Origin: Candidatus Woesearchaeota archaeon
GTDB taxonomy: Archaea > Nanobdellota > Nanobdellia > SCGC-AAA011-G17 > UBA489
DNA length: 64,000 nucleotides
Direction: 5' to 3'
Assembly: GCA_016845225.1 (NCBI GenBank)
Contig: JAERTB010000010.1
Span: forward strand, 12,294-76,293
Shown: piece by piece, positions 35,913 to 45,230 of the stretch
How positions within the stretch are numbered: position 1 is the stretch's first letter
Layout of the letters: the number at the start of each line of letters is the position of its first letter
Notes under the pieces: generated by a model
Seen by the model: only the letters and a program-made list of their open reading frames with translations
Database searches by the model: none
What the model was told of the DNA's origin: nothing
Position numbers and translations under genes: made by a program

Positions 35913-36149
35913 ATGAGAGGGATTAAAATTAAGAAAAGGGCCGGTTCTTACACTACCCACAGACTATTGACTTTTTTGGCTGTGATGTTGGGAATCTTAA
36001 CAACTATTTTACTTTTTAATTCTTATTCTATTACAAGTATTACTGGGTATAACGTTCTTGAAGAATTATATGGTAATCTTGCATCAATGATATTATTATT
36101 AGTAATAGTTATCTTAATTGCAATTTATTTAAAATTAGTAGAAAATTAA
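35913..36149 (+). CDS. small two-TM membrane protein
   Basis: Two hydrophobic helices flanking SITGYNV; own TATA box; antisense to the surrounding operon. Confidence 0.7.
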   Translation: MRGIKIKKRAGSYTTHRLLTFLAVMLGILTTILLFNSYSITSITGYNVLEELYGNLASMILLLVIVILIAIYLKLVEN

Positions 36150-36466
36150 TTTTGTGTTTCTATAATTAATTTTCTTGATCTTACTTTTGAAGATTTTACT
36201 TGCATTTTTTTACAAACGCTACATTTTAATCTAAAATCTGATTTTTTAGAAGTTTTAGCTCCAGTTCTCTTAAATGCGGAGATAGCTTTTCTTGATTTTG
36301 AACCGTGATTACCAAAACCTGCCTTTCCTCTTCCCCTTGCCGTTAAACGAGCCAATGATCCTGCCTTTAAGGTTCCTCTGTCTCTCTTTTTTGCAAGTGT
36401 TAGAGTATACTCTGTTTGTGCCTTACAATAAGGGCAAAATGTTTTGCTAACTTTAGGTATTTTCAA
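36146..36466 (-). CDS. rpl44e: 50S ribosomal protein L44e
   Basis: MKIPK..TFCPYC, KTSKK..RLKCSVC; TTG start. Confidence 0.93.
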   Translation of the reverse strand: MKIPKVSKTFCPYCKAQTEYTLTLAKKRDRGTLKAGSLARLTARGRGKAGFGNHGSKSRKAISAFKRTGAKTSKKSDFRLKCSVCKKMQVKSSKVRSRKLIIETQN

Positions 36467-37100
36467 TTTTCATTTCCTCTGCCCGTTTTCTCTTAATTAA
36501 CAGTCCTGCTGTTTTTTGTGGGAGAAAGGACATTTCTTCCTTTTCGAATGGACCGTACGTATTTAAATCGTCAGCCACGAATTTTGGAACAGGATGAAGG
36601 AATCTTATCATCTTGTTTCCACTAGATGCCTTTTGTTCGGTTTTTATATCTTTTGGTAGTTGTTTTTTTTTGGCAATTTTTATTTTTTTGCCTTCTACCG
36701 CATTCTTTAGTATTCCGTCTCTATATGTGTTTAGAAGTTCAAGAACCTCTCTGTAGAGCCTTTTTTCTTCTTTTAGCATATTTGTGCCAGATTCTCTTAC
36801 TTCTGCTCTGGAAGATAACATTGCTAAATTTATTATCTTATTTTCTCTCTTTTCATAAAACTCTTTTAGAATTTTTCTTGCATTTTCTAGTTGTAGTTGT
36901 GTTTTTTTTGAATCTCCGGAGAATATGGAATTTGAGGTCTTTTCTGTTTCTAATACTGCCGTCTTTTCTTGAAGATATTGGCTAGTTTGCTCAAAAAAAT
37001 CATCATCTAGTTTTTGCAACTCTTGGTTGATTTTTTCTTTTCTAAGTAATTCAAATAGGGTTTCAAAGGTTAACATGTGAGGTTCTCCAGGAATGTTCAT
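36453..37100 (-). CDS. GINS complex subunit (Gins51-like)
   Basis: LRKEK..ELQKLDDDF, KRENKII, C-terminal B domain (VPKFVADDLNTYGPF); conserved position upstream of rpl44e. Confidence 0.85.
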   Translation of the reverse strand: MNIPGEPHMLTFETLFELLRKEKINQELQKLDDDFFEQTSQYLQEKTAVLETEKTSNSIFSGDSKKTQLQLENARKILKEFYEKRENKIINLAMLSSRAEVRESGTNMLKEEKRLYREVLELLNTYRDGILKNAVEGKKIKIAKKKQLPKDIKTEQKASSGNKMIRFLHPVPKFVADDLNTYGPFEKEEMSFLPQKTAGLLIKRKRAEEMKIENT

Positions 37101-37163
37101 TTGCAGGTATTTATTAAATTTTAGGTCAGGAAGGCTTATAATAGAATCTTGGAGGGTTTATAT

Positions 37164-38081
37164 ATGAAAATTAAATATATTGAAGAAGATTTTAGAGTTA
37201 AGGAAATCCCTTGTTTTGAATTAAAGGATTTTGGAGAATTTGCATGTTTTAAATTAACTAAAAAAAATTGGAATACCTCTTCAGTAATTGAAAAGATTGC
37301 TGAAAAATTAAAAGTGGCTACAAAATCAATGGGTTATGCAGGTAACAAGGATAAGTTTGCAATAACTGAACAATATATTGCCCTTCCTCTTTCTGAAAAC
37401 GAAGTTGAAACAGTGGAAAATTTAAATTTAGTAGGCGTATCAATTAAATTTGTCGGGTGGTTAACTGAAAGAATAACTCTTGGATTTCTTAGAGGAAACA
37501 AATTTAAAATTGTTGTTAGACAATGCGATAATGAAAAGGAACTTCTTTTTGACAAAGTTAAAAATTTATATGGACCTCAAAGATTTGGCGTTGGAAATCA
37601 AAATGTGGATGTTGGCCGAGCATTATTGAAAAAAGATTTCGAAAAGGCATGCCACTTACTTAAACTTAAAACTGAAGGTAGAAATTTTGTAAATGCTCTT
37701 GCAAATGTTGACACAAGAGCTTTAAGAATTTATATTAGTGCTTATCAGTCTTGGTTGTGGAACCAAGTTGCAAAGAAGGTTGAAAACTTAGAAGAATTAG
37801 AAGTTCTTGGTTTTCTTACAGAATTTGAAAATTCTGAAGTTGAAAAACATTATCAAGAAATATTAGATATAGAAGGTATAAAAAAAGAAGATTTTTTGAT
37901 TAAACAATTAAAAAAAATTAGCATGGAAGGTACTAAAAGAAAACTCTATTTAGACATAAAAAACTTTTCATATGTTTGGGAACCTGACGATTTATTTTCT
38001 GGAAAAAATAAGTGCACTCTTTTATTTGAGTTGGGCAAGGGATCATATGCCACTGTTTTGATAGATTACTTGTTTTATTGA
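37164..38081 (+). CDS. truD: tRNA pseudouridine(13) synthase TruD
   Basis: EDFRVKE, YAGNKDKFAITEQ, GNKF, YGPQRFG, AYQSWLWN, GSYAT. Confidence 0.95.
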   Translation: MKIKYIEEDFRVKEIPCFELKDFGEFACFKLTKKNWNTSSVIEKIAEKLKVATKSMGYAGNKDKFAITEQYIALPLSENEVETVENLNLVGVSIKFVGWLTERITLGFLRGNKFKIVVRQCDNEKELLFDKVKNLYGPQRFGVGNQNVDVGRALLKKDFEKACHLLKLKTEGRNFVNALANVDTRALRIYISAYQSWLWNQVAKKVENLEELEVLGFLTEFENSEVEKHYQEILDIEGIKKEDFLIKQLKKISMEGTKRKLYLDIKNFSYVWEPDDLFSGKNKCTLLFELGKGSYATVLIDYLFY

Positions 38082-38117
38082 ACTTGGAAAGATATATAAA
38101 TTTGCAAGTGCTAATTT

Positions 38118-39878
38118 ATGCATATGAGGGGTGCAAATAGAGAGAGGAAGTTACTTCATGAGCATGAAGCATTTTTGTTTACATTTTTAACAATATTTTT
38201 ACTTGGAGGGTTTGCTCTTTGGGGTGCAGACGTACAGGCAGTAGAATACTATCTGGATGGTACTGAACTTTCTAGTGATGGATTGAATGTTGTTGATGTA
38301 TTGCTTGAAGAAGGAAAAATTGTAGATATTTCTGTAAAAAATTCTGAAAAAGAAGAATTAGTAGAGTCTGCAATTGTAATTTATGAAGTAGACTTGCAAT
38401 GTAATTTATTAACGTCTGAAATTGAGTCTGGATGCGATTATTTGTCATTGAATCTTCCAACTGTTACGACACTATATCCTGAAGAAATTGCAACTGTGGG
38501 TTTAGAATTTTTTCCTGAAGAAAAAGTGGAATTAAGTGCAGTAGTAAATATAATTACGAATAAAGGTGTAAACTCTTTTAGTTTTGAATTTAAAGTTGTT
38601 GATGAATTAGAAACTTTAGATGTAGCAGAATTAGAAGAATCTGAAGAAAACCCTATTTTAGATTTGATTGAAAGGATTGTTGAAATGGGGAAGGAATTGA
38701 CTTCAGTTGAAGATGTTCCTGCTGAAATATATACTGGTGAAAAATTAGAATTAGTTGATGATGAAACTTCTTTAGGGTTTACTGACTCTATGTTAAATTT
38801 TGGTCCATTGAATATTGAAGAAGGAGAACAAAAAACAAAAAGGCTGGGGATTGAAAACTTAGGTTTAGAGGAAATAGTTATCTCTGGAGTGAAAAAAGAT
38901 GAAGCACTGATTATTGATCCTTCAAAAAAATTGACGATTCACAGTGGTGAACGAGTTTATATTGAAATAACTTGTGCACCGTTAGAAGAAAAAACCATTG
39001 ATGATTTAATAATTTTAGAAACCAATCTTGGAGAAGTAGAACTTAAAACATATTGTGAAGGAGTATTAGGAGAAAGTGGAGTTGTGGATGAAGTTGCTCC
39101 AATTGTTACTATTTTGAAACCTTCTGAAGGAAAAGTAAAAGATTTAGTTGAAGTTTCTATTGAAGCATTTGATGAAGGAAATATCCTTGAAGTGGCTGTT
39201 CTAAAAGTTTATTTTAATTCAATCTTAATGAAACGATTCGTTGAACCCACTGATGTTTCAACAAATAAATATGAATTTGAATTAGATATTTCTAGGTTTT
39301 CAGGTATTGGTGAATTAAGGGTCGAGGCTTTGGATCATGCTGGAAACGTTGGAGTTTCTAGTACTATTACTTTATGGATTGAAGAAGATTTAATCGATGA
39401 CGAAGTTGAATTAGTTGAACCCGAGATTGTTGTTTCTTATCCTGATGGTGGCTTAATTGGTTCGCCTAATTTGTTAAATGCCCAAGGAATTAGTGGAGAA
39501 GTAGATGTTGAAATTAAATTTGAAACAGGTGAAGGAGATTTTAATTTTAAATTTAATGGTGGAGATGCAGATAAAGTTGATGAAATAGAAATTAGTTCCA
39601 AAGATATTAACTTTAGAGATATTTCTGAAAATGTGAGAGTGATTGATCTTCCTGATGATTTATTAAAAGAAATGATTATTTCTCTTGAAGCTGAGACAGT
39701 GATTCTTCCAATGTTTAAACCTGTGAATTATGTTGCTGGAGAAAGAATAGATATAGCATACTACAGAGAAGATGGTACACATTTTGCAATAAGTTCTGAA
39801 AATATTTTAAACTTTTTTGAAGAAGGTGATTTGTTATATGTTGAATTTGCAGGGGACGCATTAGTTTCAAATCTTTAG
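38118..39878 (+). CDS. acidic secreted/surface protein with Ig-like domains
   Basis: N-terminal signal/TM; DEVAPIVTI...EALDHAGNVG Ig-like repeat; ASH-like segments. Confidence 0.75.
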   Translation: MHMRGANRERKLLHEHEAFLFTFLTIFLLGGFALWGADVQAVEYYLDGTELSSDGLNVVDVLLEEGKIVDISVKNSEKEELVESAIVIYEVDLQCNLLTSEIESGCDYLSLNLPTVTTLYPEEIATVGLEFFPEEKVELSAVVNIITNKGVNSFSFEFKVVDELETLDVAELEESEENPILDLIERIVEMGKELTSVEDVPAEIYTGEKLELVDDETSLGFTDSMLNFGPLNIEEGEQKTKRLGIENLGLEEIVISGVKKDEALIIDPSKKLTIHSGERVYIEITCAPLEEKTIDDLIILETNLGEVELKTYCEGVLGESGVVDEVAPIVTILKPSEGKVKDLVEVSIEAFDEGNILEVAVLKVYFNSILMKRFVEPTDVSTNKYEFELDISRFSGIGELRVEALDHAGNVGVSSTITLWIEEDLIDDEVELVEPEIVVSYPDGGLIGSPNLLNAQGISGEVDVEIKFETGEGDFNFKFNGGDADKVDEIEISSKDINFRDISENVRVIDLPDDLLKEMIISLEAETVILPMFKPVNYVAGERIDIAYYREDGTHFAISSENILNFFEEGDLLYVEFAGDALVSNL

Positions 39879-39887
39879 AGGTATGTT

Positions 39888-41030
39888 ATGAAATTTAATT
39901 TAATTTTAGTTATGTTGTTTATTTTTTGTTCTTTTGTTATTGCTGGTCCTGGACCTATTGAACCTGAACCATTGGCGCAAATAATTGATGAACCTGCTAA
40001 CACTGTGCAGTATAAAGCAAACAAACCATATACTGCCTGGGATGGAGAAACAAATAAATCTAATATTACTGTGTTGACAAGACTTGATGTCGGAGGAATT
40101 GAATATCCTACCGGCCAAGTAAATATTAATTTTAGAGATTTGAATGATACGCCTAAAAATGCATCGCTTGCTAATTTAGTAGTAAACTTAGATTTAACAA
40201 ATAAAAAAGTATTGTATCATGTTTCCGATGTGCCTGCAGCTTCTGGAAATTTAGATATTTATATTGAAAATGATCCAGATTATAATGCAATCCATATTTG
40301 TGAAGGTGCAGAATTATTGGCCACAATTGGAGACGAATTATGTGCTGCAAATGGCGGAACTCCAAAAACTATTTTTCCTAGGGGCGATACAAAAGGCTAT
40401 ACGGTTACATCGGTGCATGACCCATTAACAAATAAAGATTATTGGAAAGTTGAAGGCTTAAGTGGTACTGGTTTACAGTTATTTAATATTTTGTTTGGTG
40501 GTGCAGGGGGCCCAGATACAATTGAAGAAGGAGGCACATTAGACTTGGATGAAGATGTTGAAAAAGAATATGTTTCTAAGGAAAACATTGAATATTTTGT
40601 TAGATTTGAAGAAAAAGACTATAGGTTTGTAGTAAACTATGTTGATTCAGAAAGTCAATATGCTTCAATTTATTCTCATGAAGGAGATTATTCATTTATT
40701 GTGTCTAAGGGGGATGAAGAATTGTTTGATTTTAATAAAGACGGGACTTCTGATGTTAGATTAAACATTATTGAATTAGATTATCCTCACGTCTATGCAG
40801 AGCTTTTAGTGATTGAACCCAAAAAAGAACAAGGTATTTTCGAAAGAAGTGAAAAAATAGATAGGACCAGAGAATATCCTTCAAATATAGGAATTTGGAG
40901 TAAATTTGTGAAACTTGCAGGCGGCACATGGACGCAAGTAATTACTTTTTTTGTACTTCTTATATTGGTTGTTGGTTTCTTTGGCGTAATCGGTTGGAAA
41001 TTAATCTCTAAGATATTTAATGCAAATTAG
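39888..41030 (+). CDS. surface protein with signal peptide and C-terminal TM anchor
   Basis: N-terminal signal peptide, DFNKDGTSD motif, C-terminal TM. Confidence 0.8.
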   Translation: MKFNLILVMLFIFCSFVIAGPGPIEPEPLAQIIDEPANTVQYKANKPYTAWDGETNKSNITVLTRLDVGGIEYPTGQVNINFRDLNDTPKNASLANLVVNLDLTNKKVLYHVSDVPAASGNLDIYIENDPDYNAIHICEGAELLATIGDELCAANGGTPKTIFPRGDTKGYTVTSVHDPLTNKDYWKVEGLSGTGLQLFNILFGGAGGPDTIEEGGTLDLDEDVEKEYVSKENIEYFVRFEEKDYRFVVNYVDSESQYASIYSHEGDYSFIVSKGDEELFDFNKDGTSDVRLNIIELDYPHVYAELLVIEPKKEQGIFERSEKIDRTREYPSNIGIWSKFVKLAGGTWTQVITFFVLLILVVGFFGVIGWKLISKIFNAN

Positions 41031-41076
41031 CTTATTTCGCTAAATTTATATAGCTCTTTTTTATGACATTTATAAG

Positions 41077-42159
41077 ATGTTTAAATTTTTGAAAGATAAA
41101 GTAAAAGGCGCAATTAGCAAGATTAATGAAAAAGTAGAAGATGTGCCCGATGAAGAGATCGAAGTAGTTGAAGAAATAGTAGAAAAGAAAGAAGAAAAGA
41201 AAGAAGAAAATAAAGAAGAAAAGAAAGAAGAACTTGAAACTAAACCTGTGGGCGTAGAAGAAGTAGAAGAAGTAAAATCTAAAGGGCTATTTGGCAAGAT
41301 TAAACAAAAAATTATTACAAAAAATATTTCTAATGAAAAATTTGATGAACTTTTTGAAGATTTAGAATTTGCACTTTTGGAAAATAATGTGGCGCTTGAA
41401 GTTATTGATAAAATAAAAAATGATTTGAAGGTAGAGTTGGTTGACAAACCAATTAAACGAAAAGAAATAGAATCTAAAATTCTTGAAAGCTTGAAACAAA
41501 GTATTAATAATTTATTTGAGGTTGATTCAATTAATATTGTTGAAGAAGTAAAAAAGAAAAAAGATGAGCCGTATGTGATTTGTTTTGTTGGAGTAAATGG
41601 TTCAGGTAAAACCACTTCCATTTCTAAATTGGCGAATCACCTAAAGAGTAAAGGACTGAGTGTTCTATTAGTTGCAGGTGATACTTGGAGAGCAGCCAGC
41701 ATACAACAATTAGAAGAACATGGAAAAAACTTGGATATTAGAGTAATTAAACATAACTATGGAAGTGATCCTGCAGCTGTTGCGTTTGATGGAATTAAAG
41801 CAGCAAAATCAAATAATGTTGATGTTGTATTAATAGATACTGCAGGAAGGCAACACAGTAATAAAGATTTAATGAGAGAACTTGAAAAAATAATTAGAGT
41901 TTCTACTCCTGATCTTAAATTATTTGTTGGAGAAAGCACTACAGGAAATGATTGCGTGTTACAAGCTCAACAATTTGGAGATGCTGTGGAATTAGATGGG
42001 GTAATTTTGACAAAATCTGACGTTGATGAAAAAGGCGGTGCTGCAATATCTATAGGGTATGTTACAGGTAAACCTATTTTATTTTTAGGAACGGGCCAAG
42101 AATATGAGGATTTTGAAGAATTTAATGCAGATAAATTTTTGAAATTCTTGGATCTTTAG
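41077..42159 (+). CDS. ftsY: SRP receptor FtsY
   Basis: GVNGSGKTT, DTWRAA, DTAGR, TKSD, KGG. Confidence 0.97.
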   Translation: MFKFLKDKVKGAISKINEKVEDVPDEEIEVVEEIVEKKEEKKEENKEEKKEELETKPVGVEEVEEVKSKGLFGKIKQKIITKNISNEKFDELFEDLEFALLENNVALEVIDKIKNDLKVELVDKPIKRKEIESKILESLKQSINNLFEVDSINIVEEVKKKKDEPYVICFVGVNGSGKTTSISKLANHLKSKGLSVLLVAGDTWRAASIQQLEEHGKNLDIRVIKHNYGSDPAAVAFDGIKAAKSNNVDVVLIDTAGRQHSNKDLMRELEKIIRVSTPDLKLFVGESTTGNDCVLQAQQFGDAVELDGVILTKSDVDEKGGAAISIGYVTGKPILFLGTGQEYEDFEEFNADKFLKFLDL

Positions 42160-42208
42160 TTTATTTGTTTTAAAAAGGTTTAAATATGTATAACTTTCTT
42201 TTATTATT

Positions 42209-43246
42209 ATGGTGAGAAAGAAGAGTGTGAAACATAAAAAGAATACTAGTTCTAAACATGTTAAAAAAGTTAAACATCCTGTTAAAAAAATTAAAAAACA
42301 TATTGAGCCGCATCATCCAGATTTTGTACATAGTAGATTTGTTAAATTTTTAATGTATATAATTTTATTTTTAGTTTTAGCCTTGGCACTGTTGGTGTTT
42401 TTTTCACCTAACTTAATTCAATATGAGAGTCCAATTGAAGATGGGCTGGTAGAAGTAGATTCTTTTTTGAAAATGAATGGTGCAGTCTGTACATGGGAGG
42501 ATGATTCATTTAATATTTGTGCAAATGTTAATTGGGCTGGAGCAAATAATGATTATCTTAAATGCGGATTTGGTGGAGAAGTTAATGATAAGAGAATGAT
42601 TTCAAGTCCTGTAACTTGTTGTGGAGATGCCGGTGCTGAAGCAGGAATTAAATTAGTTAGATCATTTTTACATAACGAAGATGGAGAAATATATGCAGAC
42701 GATAGTTTGACTGTTGAATGTAAAGGGAAACCTAAGAAACAAGTTACTGCACCGCTGCCTTCATTAACAACTACCTATCAAAAGAGTTTTTGGTTTATTG
42801 CTAAAACTGAAGGAATATCTTCTAGTTCAATGGGCTCAGAATATATTGATTTTCCTGGAAGAGTAAAGAGTTGTGAAATTGTAGGTAAATGGGTAACTGA
42901 AGAAAGAGTTGGTACCAATAGGCAAACTGATTATTGTGGTGGTGCTGAAGGAGTATTTTATGGTGCAGGTGACTTATTTGAACAAAATGTATTTAGTGAT
43001 CCTGGAAACTTTTGGTGGGCAGGTCAAAATAAAAGATTCTTTGATCCTGAAGGTGAACTTCATCAAGATGAAGGAATATTTGCATATCTTTGTGATGAAC
43101 AATATATTGCAGGTCCAAGACACTATGTTAAAGGAAAGTTTACCGGATTCCAAACTGAACAATTAAAACTAGATTGGGAATATTTTAGTAATTATCCAAA
43201 ACCAAAGGTTGATATATTTGTTGATTTGAAGTGCCAAATATATTAA
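42209..43246 (+). CDS. type II membrane protein with Cys-rich ectodomain
   Basis: Lys/His-rich N-terminus, single TM, multiple Cys. Confidence 0.75.
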   Translation: MVRKKSVKHKKNTSSKHVKKVKHPVKKIKKHIEPHHPDFVHSRFVKFLMYIILFLVLALALLVFFSPNLIQYESPIEDGLVEVDSFLKMNGAVCTWEDDSFNICANVNWAGANNDYLKCGFGGEVNDKRMISSPVTCCGDAGAEAGIKLVRSFLHNEDGEIYADDSLTVECKGKPKKQVTAPLPSLTTTYQKSFWFIAKTEGISSSSMGSEYIDFPGRVKSCEIVGKWVTEERVGTNRQTDYCGGAEGVFYGAGDLFEQNVFSDPGNFWWAGQNKRFFDPEGELHQDEGIFAYLCDEQYIAGPRHYVKGKFTGFQTEQLKLDWEYFSNYPKPKVDIFVDLKCQIY

Positions 43247-43307
43247 ATTTCTTTTAAAGAAAGGTTTATAAGTTTAGAATTACTTGTGGATTAAGGAGAG
43301 AGGGATT

Positions 43308-44015
43308 ATGAAAGAACACACTATTTTTGCAACGGTATTTTTGATACTTGTTGTTGGATTCGTATCATTTAATGTTGGCGGAGCTACTGGTGAAGTTTTT
43401 GATGATAAACCTAATTGGAGAGCATTTGGTGAAAGATATTCTGAACCTGTGACTACTGGAGGGTATTCTGCAAGAGAATTTGAATCTACAAATTTAGTGG
43501 CAAATATTCCTGAAACCGGGTACTCTGATAAATATGGAAAAACTGAAGGTGTAGTTCTTGGAGAAAGGCCTATGTCTATCTATGGTGCAGATACTTGGAA
43601 TTTTAAAAATATTTATTCTGATATCGTTGACACAGAATTAGATTATTCTACTTTTAGAAATTGCATACTTCAAGCAACTTCTAGTAGGAATCAAGTCACT
43701 ATAGAAGAAGCAAATTATAAATTGAGGAATCAAAAAATGAATAAATACTGTCCTGATGCTAGTGAATTGGATATTGATAAAGATGGAATACTTTCAGTTG
43801 CAAGGGATAATAAGGCTTTCAAGGCTGGGCAAAGAGGATTGTTTACAGAAGGTTGGGGTACAATAACTTCTGGTAATTTGCTTTGTAGTAGAGTTGGAGA
43901 AACGTACAAAGTTGGTGGAAGGCTTGGAACATGTACTGAAACAGAAAATACTCCTTGGTCTCCAAATACATATTACTCTAAAAATAAGAGAATTGGCGTA
44001 TTTGAATACATTTAA
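43308..44015 (+). CDS. secreted/membrane-anchored protein
   Basis: ATG 43308 with GGAGAG RBS; TM then GATGEV; DIDKDG motif. Confidence 0.75.
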   Translation: MKEHTIFATVFLILVVGFVSFNVGGATGEVFDDKPNWRAFGERYSEPVTTGGYSAREFESTNLVANIPETGYSDKYGKTEGVVLGERPMSIYGADTWNFKNIYSDIVDTELDYSTFRNCILQATSSRNQVTIEEANYKLRNQKMNKYCPDASELDIDKDGILSVARDNKAFKAGQRGLFTEGWGTITSGNLLCSRVGETYKVGGRLGTCTETENTPWSPNTYYSKNKRIGVFEYI

Positions 44016-44070
44016 TTTTTAACTAATCCAATGGAAAGTTTTATTAATTAACTATCTACTGGTGGTAATT

Positions 44071-44718
44071 ATGGTAGAACTTAATGAGTCCACAAAAAAA
44101 ATATTATTATTCTTAGCTTTGGCTTTATGTTTGTATTTTATTGTTTTGTCCGTTAGTTCTTTTTTTGGAGAGGAAACTGAAATTAATTTAACATTAGATG
44201 AAAGTGAGTTAGATAATTTAGTAGATGAAGTGGAAGGATTAGATGGAGAATTTTTAACATTAGATGAAATTGTTGAATTAACTGGGGCAAAAATAGATTA
44301 TATTCAAAAAGGAAGTATGAAAATTAGTTTGGATAGGATATATGTTGATGAAGCAGATAATACTCTCTACTTTGATGTTATTGGAGAAGATATGTTCTTG
44401 AATGAAGAAGATAGTAAAGATTCAGGGAATTTCTTTTTTAGAAGCCCATTTTCATGGACTGCAAATCTACAGTATTTTAGGGGAGACTCACATGAATTAT
44501 TTATTTGCGATTACTCTGTGGAAGGAAGATTCTGGAATACTACCTATTGTATTAATTTGGATGAATTAGAAGATAACTATTTTGGGCAGATTACTCGTTT
44601 CGTATATACTGATAAATCTGCAGCAGATATTGCTGAACTTACCCCTTTGACATTAATGAAGCAACAAAGAACTTTTGTTTATGAAATCTCAATACCTCAA
44701 GACTTTTATAATAATTAA
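44071..44718 (+). CDS. single-TM acidic extracellular protein
   Basis: N-terminal TM; acidic ectodomain. Confidence 0.7.
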   Translation: MVELNESTKKILLFLALALCLYFIVLSVSSFFGEETEINLTLDESELDNLVDEVEGLDGEFLTLDEIVELTGAKIDYIQKGSMKISLDRIYVDEADNTLYFDVIGEDMFLNEEDSKDSGNFFFRSPFSWTANLQYFRGDSHELFICDYSVEGRFWNTTYCINLDELEDNYFGQITRFVYTDKSAADIAELTPLTLMKQQRTFVYEISIPQDFYNN

Positions 44719-44732
44719 GAGATTTATTCTTT

Positions 44733-45122
44733 ATGTCAAAAAGAGGACAATCATTACTTGAAAGCTTTATGTTACTAATTATCATAATTGGTGCAGTTAT
44801 GCCTATATTATTCTTTTCTGCAGATAAATTGGGCAGTTCCTTTAGAATTAGTCAGGCAGAAGATTCATTAAACAATGTTGCAATAACTGCAAGGGCCGTT
44901 AGTTCTTTGGGTGAAGGAAATTCGGATATTTCTGTGATTTCCATTCCTGAAGGTATTGAAGATTTTTATGTAGATCACGATACGTTGATATTTATTGTGA
45001 ATAATGAAGAAATAAAAGTAAAACTTGGGGGAGAGATAATTGGAGAATTACCCACTGTTGCAGGCATTCATGAAATAAAGGTTAAATCATTGCCTGGCGG
45101 GAAAATAAAACTTGGAGATTAA
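44733..45122 (+). CDS. class III signal peptide (pilin-like) protein
   Basis: KRG/QSLLE followed by hydrophobic helix. Confidence 0.85.
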   Translation: MSKRGQSLLESFMLLIIIIGAVMPILFFSADKLGSSFRISQAEDSLNNVAITARAVSSLGEGNSDISVISIPEGIEDFYVDHDTLIFIVNNEEIKVKLGGEIIGELPTVAGIHEIKVKSLPGGKIKLGD

Positions 45123-45230
45123 TTCTTGGCCATATTTCTCAAATTTCATTTATTTGGCCATGAAAATGGCGCTTTGTTTGTTTTTTTATTCTTGGGTAAT
45201 TTTATAAATGTGGATTTATGCCATTAAAAC

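Noticed and set aside
41180-41235. GAAGAAAAGAAA tandem repeats
   Set aside because: In-frame low-complexity EEKK linker of the FtsY acidic domain; not CRISPR or a contingency locus.
41070-41621. 183-aa minus-strand ORF and similar shadow ORFs (e.g. 2979-3299, 4172-4582, 15453-15896, 33374-33721, 35272-35631, 36626-36985, 62890-63210)
   Set aside because: Lie antisense to well-supported genes and have Phe/Ser/Ile-rich composition typical of reverse-strand artefacts.
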